A stretch of DNA of 64,000 nucleotides. Source: Sphyrna mokarran. Taxonomy: Eukaryota. Positions 1-12,847 of this stretch are shown piece by piece (positions within the stretch are counted from its first letter, which is position 1; the number at the start of each line of letters is the position of its first letter). Position numbers and translations under genes: made by a program. The notes under the pieces are model-generated. The model ran no database searches. It was not told the origin of the DNA and saw only the letters and a list, made by a program, of their open reading frames with translations. The stretch spans positions 21,328,001-21,392,000 of the forward strand of contig JAGIQG010000022.1 of the NCBI GenBank assembly GCA_024679065.1, written 5' to 3'.

Positions 1-172
1 ACACTCCAAAGATGTGCAAGTTATATTGATTGGCCATGCTAAATTGCCCCTTAATATCCTAGGGATTGACAGGGTAAATACATAGAGTTATGGGCATAGT
101 GCCTGAATGGAGGTGCTGTCAGTACAGGCTTGATTGGCTAAATGGCCTCTTTCTGCACTGTAGGGATTTTAT
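1..172 (+). mobile_element. V-SINE/HE1-like shark SINE, 3' part
   Basis: ccaaagatgtgca...attggccatgctaaattgcccc core followed by the ...tgcactgtagggatt tail. Confidence 0.75.
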
Positions 173-625
173 GAAGATATTTGCCTTTTATACCATTAAA
201 TGGTCATTTATTTACGTTTGAGTTTGACTGGAGGATCTGTGCTCGCTGGACCTGTACAGATTTTCAGTTTTAGCAGGGGAGCATTGGAATGTGAACAGAA
301 GTGGGAGCTATAGACGTTTTTTCCTATTCCTAACAGGGAGATTGAGGCCAATTGTATCATTCCTATCACTGATGACAATTCTGACGAGATTAATATCTGG
401 GACTTTGTTGCACTGGTACAGCTGAGGTGCTGACAGATTAACAATCTATTCCATAATTGCCCAAAAAAGAGAGAGATATATGGTTGAATTCTGCTAGACT
501 GAGCTTTGTTCCATCTCTTAGAATAATCATTTTGGTTTGCAAAACCCATCCTATCTAATTCCGTGTTACTGAAATTGTCTACAGTGGGGCTGTGCTTCAA
601 CTGTTATCATCATTTTTTGGTAAAG

Positions 626-832
626 ATAAAGTTGCCAAACTCCCAAATGACCATAGACTGCTCCCCTCTTTGAGGGGGAGAGCTGACTGGTGGCACTTTA
701 ATTTGAGGAACATTAACCTCAAGTGATCAGCAAGGTTGAGGAGGCACAACCTTCATGAATAACTTCAACTGGTGTGGGAATTGAATCCATGCTGTAGACA
801 TCACTTTGAATCACTGTCCAGCAAATTGAGCT
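626..832 (-). mobile_element. tRNA-derived SINE (shark family)
   Basis: The reverse strand begins agctcaatttgctgg...ggattcaattccca (A/B-box-like head), followed by a SINE-like body. Confidence 0.55.
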
Positions 833-1739
833 TTTTGTGGTAGTTCCACAGTGGAAGTTGCTGTAGTTGTGACATGTAGCTTGTGAATGGATTTCTACCT
901 CAATGTCACTAATTGCTGCTAATTATCCTCAGCTGCAAAGATTTCAATGGATGAATTGGTGACGACACTACTGAGCAATTCCGGTTACACCATCCTTGAC
1001 ATGCATCATTCAAATGTCAGTTTTGGGTTAGGACTAATAACTGGAAAAACAGAAACGTGCTAACATTCTGAGCAGCATACTGGGGAAGAGAGGCTGAACA
1101 GCTATTTAATAAGCTGTTCCTAGTGCCAATGAGCACTAAGCAATACTTCTTAATAATGTGGCTATTATGGATCATAGAATCAGGGAAGATACTGGAAATT
1201 GTAATTTTCTGCTCCGTGGACCAATCAGTTACAATGATCATTTGGTTACAGTGGAAATTTGAATTATTGGACAAATCGATCTTTGCAGTTTGACTCTACT
1301 ATATGTTTTGTGTTGAAATCAAACAATGCCTCCTGTTCTAATTTCCCCCAGGATCACAAAGTTGTGGAACTCCCTAATTCATTGTGTCCCTTGTTTTTTC
1401 TACAATCTATAGATTGAAGCCTGTATTTGGACTCACTCATTTGTATTGCTTCATTTTTACCCCATCACTTGAACTTGCTCTGCAGGTCTTTGCCCTTCAT
1501 CCAGATTACCCAATTTTTGAATAATCTATATAAACAGCCAGTGGGGCTATTGTCCCTCAGCAGTTCTTGGTGTATATGATGGACTTTGCATCATGGAATA
1601 GCCTGTTGTGCTATCTCTTTAAAGGACTACATTGGTTGCAAACTTCCATCTTCGCTACCTTTTGCAGTCGAAACACCACAAGTTGCACATTTAGATGAAG
1701 GAAGATGCACATTTTCTTCATAGAAGGCCGCTGGGCACA

Positions 1740-2120
1740 GTAGGAAAGACTTAGTTTAGCAAATGTCACCTCCAGGATTTGAGCACATTATCTAGGCTGG
1801 TACTTCAGTACTGGAGAAGTGCTGTTATTGTCAGACTAGGTTTTAGCCTAAGACTTGATGCAAAGGTAATGTTTAAAAACAACTCTGGAGGTCAGTAAAC
1901 TATGGTAAACTGGCCAATATTCTTCCTTTAATGAACACTACAAAAATAGCTTGACTGATTCATTCATCTTGTTGCTATTTGGGGAATCTGGGTGAGTGTA
2001 ACACAGCAACTATACCAGTCTACATTTCAGTAATAGCACTTCAGATTAATTTTACAGGGGGTGCTTGAGACATGTTAGCAAAGCATGGTAAGCTGTCTTA
2101 AGGGTGCCTCTTCCCTCTTA
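1740..2120 (+). mobile_element. Decayed Deu-domain SINE (SacSINE1/AmnSINE-like)
   Basis: ctggccaatatt...ttgctatttgggga...tacatt...cacttca arrangement. Reverse-strand relatives occur near 20600-20700 and 37160-37480. Confidence 0.55.
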
Positions 2121-2769
2121 TTTCTCTACTTGGGTTAAAGAGTTAAGTATGAGAGAAAGGAATGGTCCAGCTTTACACTATAGACACTTGTTTGAGTATT
2201 CATTATGTTGTAGTGAGGTAATTGTTCCTGTCTCCAGAATGCTGCACCAGCAGTGTTTCTAGTGGCTCCAGCTCCTAATTTAGTGAGAGGTTTAAAGAGC
2301 AGATGATTCCTGGTGATAAGTTACTTCAGATCTTCCATAGGTTAAAAGTTAAAGTAATTTATTACAGAAGATGGCACTGCAATATTCTTCACATTGACAA
2401 CAAACACAGGTTTGGAATGTAAAAGGCACCTGACTTCAAGATAATTCCAGGATTGATGGTCACATTATACTGTAGGTCGAAGTCACATGGATTGAGAAGT
2501 AGACTAACAATATGGTAATTACAGTTTTACTTTTGATTAAAACACTTGCTGAAGTGATTAAGTTAACACTATTGCTTATCTAAGCCTCTGGAGTTTAAAT
2601 TGCTTTTTGTGCTTTGTTATTTTTCCATGTAACTCCGTTAATTTACTGAACTGTTCCTCTATGCCCCCTTTCAAATTATTCTTAAAACTAATTTTCCAAA
2701 ACTTCAGTTAACAAGGCAAAGCAGGCTCGTGAATTGACACTTATTCTCTGGTTTCTCATGCTGTGAAGA

Positions 2770-3950
2770 AACTAGATTTCCAGGACAAAGGTAGAGAGAT
2801 GCAAATTTTAAACACAGAGCAAACCTCATCGGTCAGGTCTGCAGAAAAATGGCAAATTCAGTCTGGAGAAGTGTGAAGGGAGAAATGCATTTAATGGAAA
2901 CAGAGATGGCCAAGGAATACACAATAAATGATGAGTTTCTGAGAGGTGTCAAGGAACAGGGGCTTTCGAGTACAGGCCTACAGATTCCGAAGAGAGCAGA
3001 ACAGGTAAACCACCGCCTTCTCCAAGGTCAGTTGAAGCAGGGCAACAAATGAAATGCATGTCCTACGAAAGAATCAATCTTTTAAACAAATATATTGTTT
3101 AAACAATATATTGGATATTTTCTTTTATTGTGAGGCAAATAAAAGCAAGGAGGTTATGCTCAAATTGTCTAAAATACCATTTTGACCACAGTTGGCACAT
3201 TGCCTACAGTTCTGGTCACTGCATGACAGAAAGGATGTGATGATCACACGAGAGGATACAAAATAAAATTGAGGTCGTTGCCAGGAATGGAATATTGTGC
3301 CAATGAGGAAATAATGGAGAGGCTGAGGGAAATTTAATTGAGGTGTATAAAATTGAGGGGTCAGGATAGAGTTCTAAAGCCAACATTATGTCAACCCTGC
3401 AAATGAAGTTGCTGTGAAACTCCCCTAATCATCACACTCTGACATCTGATCAGATATTCTGACAGAGAATTTAGCATACCCAATGCACCTGACCTCATCT
3501 TTCGGACTGAGGAAACCAGAGCATCCAGAAGAAACCCACACAGATGGGAAGAATGTGCAAACTCCACACAGGTAGTGACCAGAACTGGGAATCGAACCCA
3601 GGTCTCTGGTGCTGTGAGGCAGCAGTGCTAACCACTGTGCCACCGTACTGGGTGTACAAGAAAGAACTATTTCCATTGCTGAGGTCAATAACCACAGATT
3701 TAAGATATTTAGTAGAAGGATGAGGAGGTTGTTGAGTAATATTTTCACTCTAAAGGTGATGGAAGCCTCGAACTCACTGTCAGAAAAGGCAGTAAAAGCA
3801 GAAACCCTTTATTACTATTTTAAAAAAGCACCCACATTTGAAGTACCTACAGGATTACAGACCTAGAACTGGAAGGTGCGAATTTGCTGGATAACTCTAT
3901 TTTGGACAGTGTGATAACAATGGGCAGAGTGGCCTTCTGTACTGTATATC
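2770..3950 (+). mobile_element. Decayed CR1-type LINE 3' region interrupted by a V-SINE
   Basis: Remnants of RPxLxxCxQFWSP-like coding sequence and a gtggccttctgtactgta tail, with many stops. Confidence 0.65.
3385..3648 (-). mobile_element. V-SINE/HE1-like SINE
   Basis: The reverse strand reads cggtggcacagtggttagcactgctgcctcacagc...gggttcgattcccag...gtgtggagtttgcacattct. Confidence 0.85.
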
Positions 3951-4177
3951 TTTATGTTGCTATAATGTGTGGTTTCAGCTACAAACCAATCAATATTATT
4001 GTAGGGCAATTTTGCCAAGATCTCATATACTGGTCATCAGTTCATTCAAGAGACCAGAGAATGGTCCAAGGCAGCTGAAAAAAATTGCTGAAGTTCGAAG
4101 GGAAGGGAAAATTGTCTGCCCCAAAAAGTACATTTAAATAAAAATGGCACACATTCAGACTTCCTTTATTTATGCAG

Positions 4178-4274
4178 CACAAAAAGGACAATGGCAGAGT
4201 GGCTTCTTTGACTATGGATCCTTCATGGAGATCATGCAGCCCTGGGCACAGACGGTGGTGGTGGGAAGAGCCAG
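4178..4274 (+). CDS. ACACA: ACACA coding exon, first in window (97 nt, phase 1->2): [32 protein letters not shown](R)
   Basis: Acceptor tttatgcAG ends at 4177; donor AG|gtaaat at 4275. The translation matches the ACC carboxyltransferase motif [25 protein letters not shown]. It is absent from the ORF track and was translated by hand. Confidence 0.96.
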
Positions 4275-4839
4275 GTAAATGATTGGTTACTATTTTTTTC
4301 TTCATTCATTCATTCATTCTTTCTTTCCCCCTCCTTCAGGATAATCAAGAAAATTGGTGAGACCCATTGAGGGAATAATGCCCCTTGTGTTTTTTGATTG
4401 TACCACAAATTATAGGCATTCAACCTACAAGGGACTAGTTATAGAGTCACAGATTTATGTTATTGAAGTGCGAGAAGGAATCTATTATCATGCTTGTAAT
4501 AAGTAGTTGTTGTAGTGGGGTGCTCAGGTAAATGTGATTGTGTAATGTGAACCTGGTCCCAGGAGTGCGTATTCGAAAACCGAAATTAAAATTGTACAAT
4601 TGCATCTTTCAGAAAATAAAAATACTGCAGATTCTGGAAATTTTCTTTCATACCTGTAAGATATGACCCAGTTTCAACATAGCCTGTTTTTCTCCTGCCA
4701 TGATCTTTCTTCAGTGAGCTTCAAACAGATTGGGGGAGTTTTGCAGTATATGCCATAATAGCAAAGCTAAATCTTCACAGGGTCGTTTCATATGGAATTT
4801 TTATAATTGGCAACAATCAATTTCATCCCAACCCAAATT

Positions 4840-5960
4840 TGAACCTAGATGAATGGGATTTGTTGGAAAAGAAATTTTAGTGGTAGAATTAAGACACGGT
4901 GCAGTAAAAAGTATGGAAGGAACTGCTAAAGAAGTGGAAATAATCAGGGCTCAAAGAAGATAAAGAACAGTACCAAAAATCAAAAACCAATACAAATAAA
5001 GCGATTGCTAGAGGAAAATCTCTGACCATGGAAGAAATATACTAAAGAGGACAAAAAGGTATCTTCAGAATAACAGCTGCCAGAGATAGATGAACGCAAA
5101 CCATGAGATATGTATGTACAATCAAGGATGCAAATGATGTAACCTTAGTGCAAGAGGATGAAATTCAAGAGAAGTGGGACCAATACTTTTAATTAGCTTA
5201 GAAATGAATAACAACAAAGTCAGAAGAAGCTGTTGCAAATCAAGGAATGACAACTAACATCAATCTGGGAGAAATTCGAATGGCACTGAAACAAATGGAA
5301 AAACAGCTAAGTAGGACAAGATGAAATGCCAACAAGAGTATGAACCTGCCTCAGTGGTTATGGGGTCTAGATTGTGAGCAAGCTAATCATACATTTCTCA
5401 TGAGAGAGCAAAATCCTAATAGCATCAAAACAAACCATTTGGATACTATTATTCACAGCAAAAGGAGACATTCAAAATTGGAAGAACTTCCGGGGAGTTC
5501 ACCCCGAACCACCCCCAGACCTCCATGTATCTTCAGTACATGAGAGAGGGTCATACACCAAAGATTGAAGGAAAATACGGATATACATGAAGGCCTGTTC
5601 AGATTCATATCTGGAAAAAGAACCACAAATGCCATTTTTTTATTTTGAGACAGATGGTGGAGAAATACTGGGAAGAACAACGCAACATGAAGAATATATT
5701 CATTGATTTAGAAAAGGCCACTGAACTGGTGCCTCAAAAGTAAGTCTGGAGATGTGCCAGATTTGGAATCCTGAAGAAGTATGTACAACTTTACAGGACA
5801 TGCACAGGAGTACTAGGCAGATAGTAAAAAGCATTGTGAAAAGCGTAAGAGTCCAAAAGGTAAAGTTGAATTAGAATATGGATTGACACTTGCTCTTCCC
5901 TGTAGTCGTGTATATTCTAACCAAGCAAGTAAGATATGAAGTGCCTTGGTCAACTTGGAG
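4840..5960 (+). mobile_element. Decayed RTE-clade LINE reverse-transcriptase fragment
   Basis: Hand translation gives IKDANDVTLVQEDEIQEKW, SGKRTTNAIF/ILRQMVEKYWE and IFIDLEKA with frameshifts. Confidence 0.7.
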
Positions 5961-6369
5961 CAGTTGTTTTCTACTTTGGAAAGATGAACTGTGGCCTTTT
6001 GTTATCAGATGACACCACGCTACTCCTTCACAATCTCCCCAAGGCAGCCACAGCAGCTCTCCGTTTATGCCTCTGCATTAAATCTGGAAATGCAATTTTC
6101 TGAACAAAATTGCATGGTGCATTATTAGGAAATGGCAAGTTAGTGTTAATGAAATTCTTCTGTCTGTTATTTTTCAAAGATATTAACTTAAACTCCTATA
6201 GAAGAAGACCAGTCAGCCCATTGTATCTGTGTTGTCTCTCTGAAAGAGCTACCAGTTAGTCCTGCTTTCCTCTTTCCCTATATCCTATCTTTCTCTTCCT
6301 TTTTAAGTAGAGATTCAACTCCATTTTACAAGCTACTATTTAACATTGAAACACGGTTACTTTGTGACT

Positions 6370-6492
6370 CTGTAGAGGGATATGGGCCAAATGCGGGCAA
6401 TTGTGATTAGCTTAGGGGTTTTAAAAAAAAAAGGTGGCACTGACAAGTTGGGCCAAAGGACCTGTTTCCATGCTGTAAACCTCTAAGACTGA
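6370..6492 (+). mobile_element. CR1-type LINE 3' tail, tail-to-tail with the next element
   Basis: gagggatatgggccaaatgcgggcaa...cctgtttccatgctgtaaacctct. Confidence 0.65.
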
Positions 6493-6496
6493 AAAA

Positions 6497-7310
6497 CTTA
6501 AAACGGGCATAGGCCATATAGCACTTCAAGCCTGCTCCGCCATTTGGTTTGATCATGGCTGATTATTAAATTCAATATCCTAACCAACCCCCCTTCCATT
6601 ACTTTGATCTCTTTAGCCCCTAGAGCTGTATCTAATTTCTTGAAATCAGACAACATTTTGGCCTCAAATACTTTGTGTGGTAGTGAATTCCAGACATTCA
6701 TCACCCTCTGGGTGAAGAAATTTCTCTTCACTTCAGTTCTAAAAGGTTCACACTTTATCCTCAAACTATGACCTCTAGTTCTGAACTCCCTCACCATGGG
6801 GAACATTCTTTCTGAATCACTGTTAGAATTTTATAGGTTTCTATGAGATCCCCTCTGGCTCTTCTAAACTCCAGTGAATATAATCCTAACTGATTTAGAC
6901 TCTTCTCATGTGACATCTGCCATCCCAGGAATCACTGTTAAGCCTTCAGTGTACTCCCTCTGTAACAAGGACATACTTCCTCTGATAAACTGCTCACACT
7001 TCTCCAGATGTGGCCTTAGCAATAACCTATTCAATTGCAGCAAAACATCTCTGTCCCTGTATTAAAATCCTTTCATTATGAAAGCTAAAATACCATTTGC
7101 CGTGGGCTGTACTGCACGCTTGCTTTCAGCAACTGATGCACAAGGATTCCAAGGTCTCGCTGAGTATCCACCTCTCTCAATTTATACCTATTCAAGTAAT
7201 AATCTGTCGTCTTATTACTGCTGCCAAAGTGGATAACCTCACATTTTATCCACATTATACTGCACCTGCCATGTGTATGCCCACACTCAGCCTTTCCAAA
7301 TCACATTTTA
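6497..7310 (-). mobile_element. CR1-type LINE 3' fragment
   Basis: ORF 6498-6806 contains RTRGHSLRI...RNFFTQRVMNVWNSLP, the CR1 ORF2 C-terminus. Confidence 0.88.
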
Positions 7311-7424
7311 ATCCATTTCAATTACATTTTCAGATCATAACTTGCTGAGTAAAATAAATTCCCTCCAAAGCGCCCCCTGACTTTTTTTTTTGCAGCTATC
7401 TTAAATCTTTGCCCTTTCCTGAGT

Positions 7425-7745
7425 ATGGTACGATGGTTAGTTTTGATGCCTCACAGTGCCAGAGACTCTGGTTCGATTCCAGTCTTGGGTTATGTGGGGA
7501 GTCTGCATGTTTTCTGTGTGTCTGTGTAGGTTTCCTCTCACAGTCCAAACGTGTGCAGGTTAGGTGGATTAGCCATGCAATTTTGCCTGTTATTTTCCAA
7601 AGTTGTGTGAGTTAGGGAGATTAGTATGATCAATATGTGAAAGGCTGAGGGAATGGGACAAGGTAAGATGCTGTGTCGGAGAATAGTTGCAGACTTAATG
7701 AGCCACGTAGCCTCTTTCTGCAATGTAGAGATTATATGATTCTAA
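7425..7745 (+). mobile_element. V-SINE/HE1-like SINE
   Basis: tgcctcacagtgccagagactctggttcgattcc...cagtccaaacgtgtgcaggttaggtggattagccatgc. Confidence 0.8.
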
Positions 7746-9721
7746 CAAACGGTAAAAGTTTTCCCACATCTACTCGATTAAAAACTCATTATTTTGCACA
7801 CCTCTGTTTAATCACCTTCAATCTTCTGTGCTTGAAGGAGAGTAATCCAAGCCGTTTTAGTCTCTCCAGATAACTGAAACTCCTTAAGACACCAGACAAA
7901 AGGATTTTGTACATATTTGTTAATGAGTTTGTTACTTTTATCACTCCTGTGTAGATGTATTCAGAATAAGATACTGGAAAAGGCAAAATGAAAATCTGTA
8001 AATCCTTGAAATCGTAAATAAAAACTGGAAACCTACAACTGTGCAATCAGCATCTGAAAGAGAAAGCTGGGTTAACAGTTTGACAAGTGTTTTACAGCCC
8101 CACCATGCTGGGGGCAGAGCTGTAAATTGTGACCGGCTCTTCCAATGTCCGTTGACAAATTCAGCTCTTTGTGTTTTGATCATTCATTAGAACTGGTCTC
8201 CCTCAGCCAGAAAAAGTGGTGCCAGCCCTTCCACTGGTTGCACCCACTTGTATCGGTGACCTTCACATACACCAGGGAGAGGTGCACCACAGTGAATATT
8301 GAGACTGTTGTCTCGTTGTAAAAGGACAGTGACACAGTAGGGTTCTTGTGATCCCCTTCTTTCCCCATTCCATCTTAATAAATGGATACTTCCTCATCGT
8401 CCTCTTCCCTCTGACCATACCCAGCAGCAATTAATTCTTGTCTCTTTTGGCTGACACTCTTCCAGAGGCAGTTAAATGGCTATCCTTTGGTTTGTCATGA
8501 TGAAATGATGGCAATTACTTGGATGTTTTCAATGACACAGCACTCCACAGTGCTTTAAGTGTCCAACGCCAGCATCTCCACATTATTAAATGGATAAGGC
8601 CACGCTAAAATGTACAAAAGTGGGAAAAGGAACAAATCAGCTTTAAGCATTTGGAACTTTTATTTTCTGCTAAGAAAGATAACTATTGTCTGTTGTGGGG
8701 AAACAAGGCTGATATTAAATGCTCCATGCAGTTCAAGCAATGTCCAAAGTATCTATTTGCTCCTGTGAGAGATTCAAATGCAAAGTACCAAGTATTAAGT
8801 GAAAAAAGTTGAAAACAAACTGAGATATAACCACTCGAGAGAACTCAAATTTAGATAGTCGGGAATAGGCCCTCCTAATAGCTATCTTTTCAGTTTGTAT
8901 TCATATGTAATAATAATTTGCTCATGTAAGAGTTACTAAGTGGCTGAAGACCCTGTTTCCATGCTGTAAGCCTCTGAGTCCATTATGTGCCTGCTCCCAG
9001 CCTGTTTTGCCATTTCTTTTTAACAATCTGGACACATAATTATTCTGACCTTTTCAGTACTTCCAACATAAGTTTGCCCTATCTGTCACAATAGAGTGGT
9101 AGGAATCAAAAGTTAGAATTTTGCAAGTGAAGAGCAAGTATCATCATGACCCATGGCAAAGGAGCTTCCACAAGTGCCATGCTGTCTTAAAGTTACTGCA
9201 GGAATAACATTAACTGATGCATTCTATGTGTGGATTTAATTAATAGTAAATTTGCAGTAGGGAACCATCGGCTGAATAAGGCAAAAAAAACACTCAGGAA
9301 TGCAAACTGGAGCAATCCATATCACTAACAAGTTCTCAAAAAAAGTATGGTGATTTCTGCATAACTTTCCTCAAGTTTTCTCCATTTGGTCAGTCAGTCC
9401 CTGAATAGCCATATAAAGGTCAGGACATAGAGCCTGCACTCTCCATCTGTGGTCACCACAGCGTTTGTGTTCTGATCAGGGCACCCTGTAAAAGATGGCG
9501 CCCCAATCTTGGTGCAACTGGACTTGCTGCCTCTGAAGTGTCCCACTTCACCAAATTGGTGTCGATTGCCAGACAATGTGGCTCAAAGTCTGGAGAGAGA
9601 ACTGGTCAGTGGTGTTGGAGAGCTTCACATCAGTTTGCTTGCCAGAACTGACACTTTGCCAAAATATGGTAAGATGACACCCCCCCCAAAAAAAAAATCA
9701 GGTTGTTCTCACCGAATCATA

Positions 9722-10560
9722 GGCCGGAATTTTATGAGAATGATTCTAAAGTGCCCAGCTAATATGAAAATGGGAGAGTTGCAGATCCCTTTTTTTGGTG
9801 TGTTTTTTCCTTTTAATACCCAGTTTTGTGCACATAGTGCATGAAAAAATGGGCTAGACCATTTCTAGCTGGTACAGTGAGTGGGTGGGGCTTAATTCAC
9901 CAGCCAGCAAACCTCTGATGCTGCACAATGTACAAAGTAGAGGCCTGAGAGAGGGCTGTCAGACTTGTGCTGTTGGAGCCAACAGCAGCAGAAACCTGAC
10001 ATAGTTTTTCCTCTCGTCCAAACCCAACCCCCCACCTCCCCGCCTCGAGGCCAATTGTGAATCCCACTGTCTACACTGTCCAAAAATGTAGTCCTGCCAC
10101 CCAGACTGATTGCGCTATCCTCCTCCCCCCATCCTCCCTCCCTGATTTGGACCACCCCAGTATGGCCCCACCCCTGTAGCCCATTGCTAAGATGCCTAGT
10201 AGGCAGTGTCATGGTGCCAGACTGGCATTGCTCAAGGCCTTCAGTTCTACCAGTGAGAGCAACATGGCTGTTCCTTGTTTATGATGAGCAGGTGTTCTCC
10301 TTGCCTTTCCTAGCGAGGCCATTAAAGGCAGAGAATTGAGCACCGAGCTCACTAAACATGCAAATAAAAATTTAAATGAATTTGTACCATTCAACCTTTT
10401 GCCAGAAATAGGCAAGAGGCTGACCTTGCCAGAAGTTCAGTTTTGATAGATTTGCGAGAGCTGAGAAATCAGGCACGATCGTGATTTCCCGGCTCTTGCA
10501 TGATTTTACCGGCTTGACTCTGCCCATCGACGTGTGGAACAAACTGGTAAAATTCCATCC
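9722..10560. mobile_element. Non-autonomous DNA transposon (MITE, PIF/Harbinger-like)
   Basis: Imperfect 14-bp TIRs GGCCGGAATTTTAT / GTAAAATTCCATCC (11/14 match). An ATA duplication lies on both sides (9719-9721, 10561-10563). The interior is GC-richer and non-coding. Confidence 0.6.
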
Positions 10561-12011
10561 ATAGAGTGTGATATTAACATAATCAGCGAACAAATTGGGT
10601 GCCGAGTACCTAGATCGTGTGTGGGATAATGCAAGCGCACAAAATATAAAGGAGAGACGGACATAAAGGCAGCAACACTTGGCTTGAGAGACACCACTAC
10701 TGCTCCTGTGATATTTCGGAATTCTTTTTCTCTCTACCATAATATTTGCTTTAAATGTGGTCAGTGCACATAGAATTGCTATTGGGATTCTTTCCCAACT
10801 CAGTAAGGTAATAGAGCACAGCGTCAAAAACCACTTCTCTCCGATCATGTTATCTCTTCTTCCAATTTCTTCCCCCAAGTCTTTTGAAAGAGCTGCTTCA
10901 TCCTGGATCTGGATTCATAGGCAACACCATCCTCCTACACCAATCCCGTGCCCAATGTTGCACTCGTCCAATGCCCATATATGGACTTTCATCCAGGAAT
11001 CACTGAACAGCAATCGGAAGTGCTTAAATCCCATCGTCCCCTTGCTAGCCAAATCTGTTCAGACTAATTCTATAACAGCACCATCGCTACAGCTGAGATT
11101 AGACTATCCCAAGATATGAACATGGCACTTTCCCATTGTGAATAGATGAGTACCACACATAATGTGCATTTACCCATCAAGCTAGTGGACAAACTCAGTT
11201 AAATATACAAGGCAGAGCAGCTGCAAGTTCTGTGTCCAGTTGATCTCTCTGCATAAGACAGTGCTTTGCTGAATTTATATGATACCGTATTTATTATACA
11301 TCTTTTGTCTGCGTGAATAAATCTGTATATGTTTTACAAAGACTTGAATTGATTTCTGAATGCACTGTAACAAGGGATTTCTGTCCATTGTCTGGTTTGG
11401 AACATTGTTTTGAATGATTATCAGAATCATGTCAACGGCCTTTTTTTTTTTACAGGATTATTTTGGCAATTTTATGTAGAGAATACCCTGTTGCTGTTGA
11501 ATGGTTTGATATTTGCACAAAAGAAAGTGAATACATTACACATGAGTGACCAAGTCAGAAGTGCCGTGTCCAGTCAGGACCTTGAGATGTATCAATATCC
11601 CATCATACTGGTGCCTGTGGAGAGCCTATCTCGCTCAGTAAATAACTTGGTAGCCAGAGGCTGTATTGTTCATGCAGTGACAGGGATTTGGATAAAGGCT
11701 GCACTTCTACCTGCGTAAAAGATTTTTGTTTGTGAATGCTTCTCAAATTTAAGTTATAAATGATGGTGACTGACTTCTTTTGGCAGTACCCAAAATGCTT
11801 TAAAGTAATGTGCCCCATTGTGGTGAGGCTATGTGGAGGCTATATTGAGTTACAGAATCACTTTTATTGCAGTCATTTTTTTCCTTCTGTTCCTGCTCTT
11901 GTAGCCAGTCATCTGTATACACCTTCATTATTCTTCATTAACCAGCTTTTTGCCATCTGATCTATAGAATTGTTTTAATAGAAATTCTGCAGTAATATAA
12001 TACTTTGTTTT

Positions 12012-12200
12012 ATTTTTGATTTATTATTGTCACATGTAATAGTATACATTGAAAAGTATTGTTTCTTATGTGCCACACAAAGCATACCGTTTGTAGAGAA
12101 GGAAAGGGGAGAGTACAGAACACTTGTGTTAAAGTCATAGCTTGGGTGTAGAGAAAGATCAGCTTAATACGAAGTAAGTCCATTCAAAAGTCTGACAGCA
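12012..12200 (-). mobile_element. LINE 3'-end fragment (Rex1/Babar-like); second copy at about 48030-48270
   Basis: Both copies share tgaaaagtattgttt, aagcataccgt, gtgttaaagtcat, gtgtagagaaagatca and cattcaaaag. The family name is tentative. Confidence 0.55.
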
Positions 12201-12847
12201 GACTTCTGAATGCTCCTAGCTGGTATTAAGTTGATTTCTCTCTACACCCTAGCTTATGTGGTAGATGCTACAACCAGCAGAAACTTATAATTGCACTGCT
12301 ACTCTTTAGAGTGCATTGTGGGATTTTGCACATTAAAGCTGCTATATAAACATAAGTTGTTGCAAGAGAAAAACATTCAGTTTGGCTCAGCTGGTTGATA
12401 TTGATGTTTATACTTTACCATCCACCCATTTTTGTCTAACATTATCTCCATATCCTTTTGCTCCTTTCTTCCTCAAGTGTTTATCTAGATTCCCCTTAAA
12501 TGCATTTTAATGATCTGCCTCAACCATCCCACATGACAGCAAGTTTCACATTTAGATCATTCATTGGATACATAGGTTTCTCCAGAATTTCCTATTTTGT
12601 TAATTAATAATTATCTGATATTTATGGCCACTCCCCATAGTTTCAGTCTCCCCGTACATTCCTCAGTCAAACCCTCTTCAGAATTTTGAAGTCAATTCTC
12701 GACCTTCTCTTTTTATAGAGAAAAAAGCTCCAGCCCGTTCAATCTTTCCTGATAAGCGTAATGCCTCAGTTCTGTTATCCCTGGAAATCAGTCTTGCACG
12801 TTCAATTTCAGAATTTCTATATTTGCACTAAATCCTGAAATTGTGAT

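Noticed and set aside
208-600. 130-aa minus-strand ORF
   Set aside because: Non-ATG start and no recognisable homology; consistent with chance.
3580-3648. tRNA-like A/B boxes (also near 7430, 26930, 43800 and 55600)
   Set aside because: These are SINE heads continuing into SINE bodies, with no complete cloverleaf.
10372-11119. 168-aa (-) and 120-aa (+) ORFs
   Set aside because: No recognisable domain. The longer one crosses a MITE boundary, and neither has supporting splice structure.
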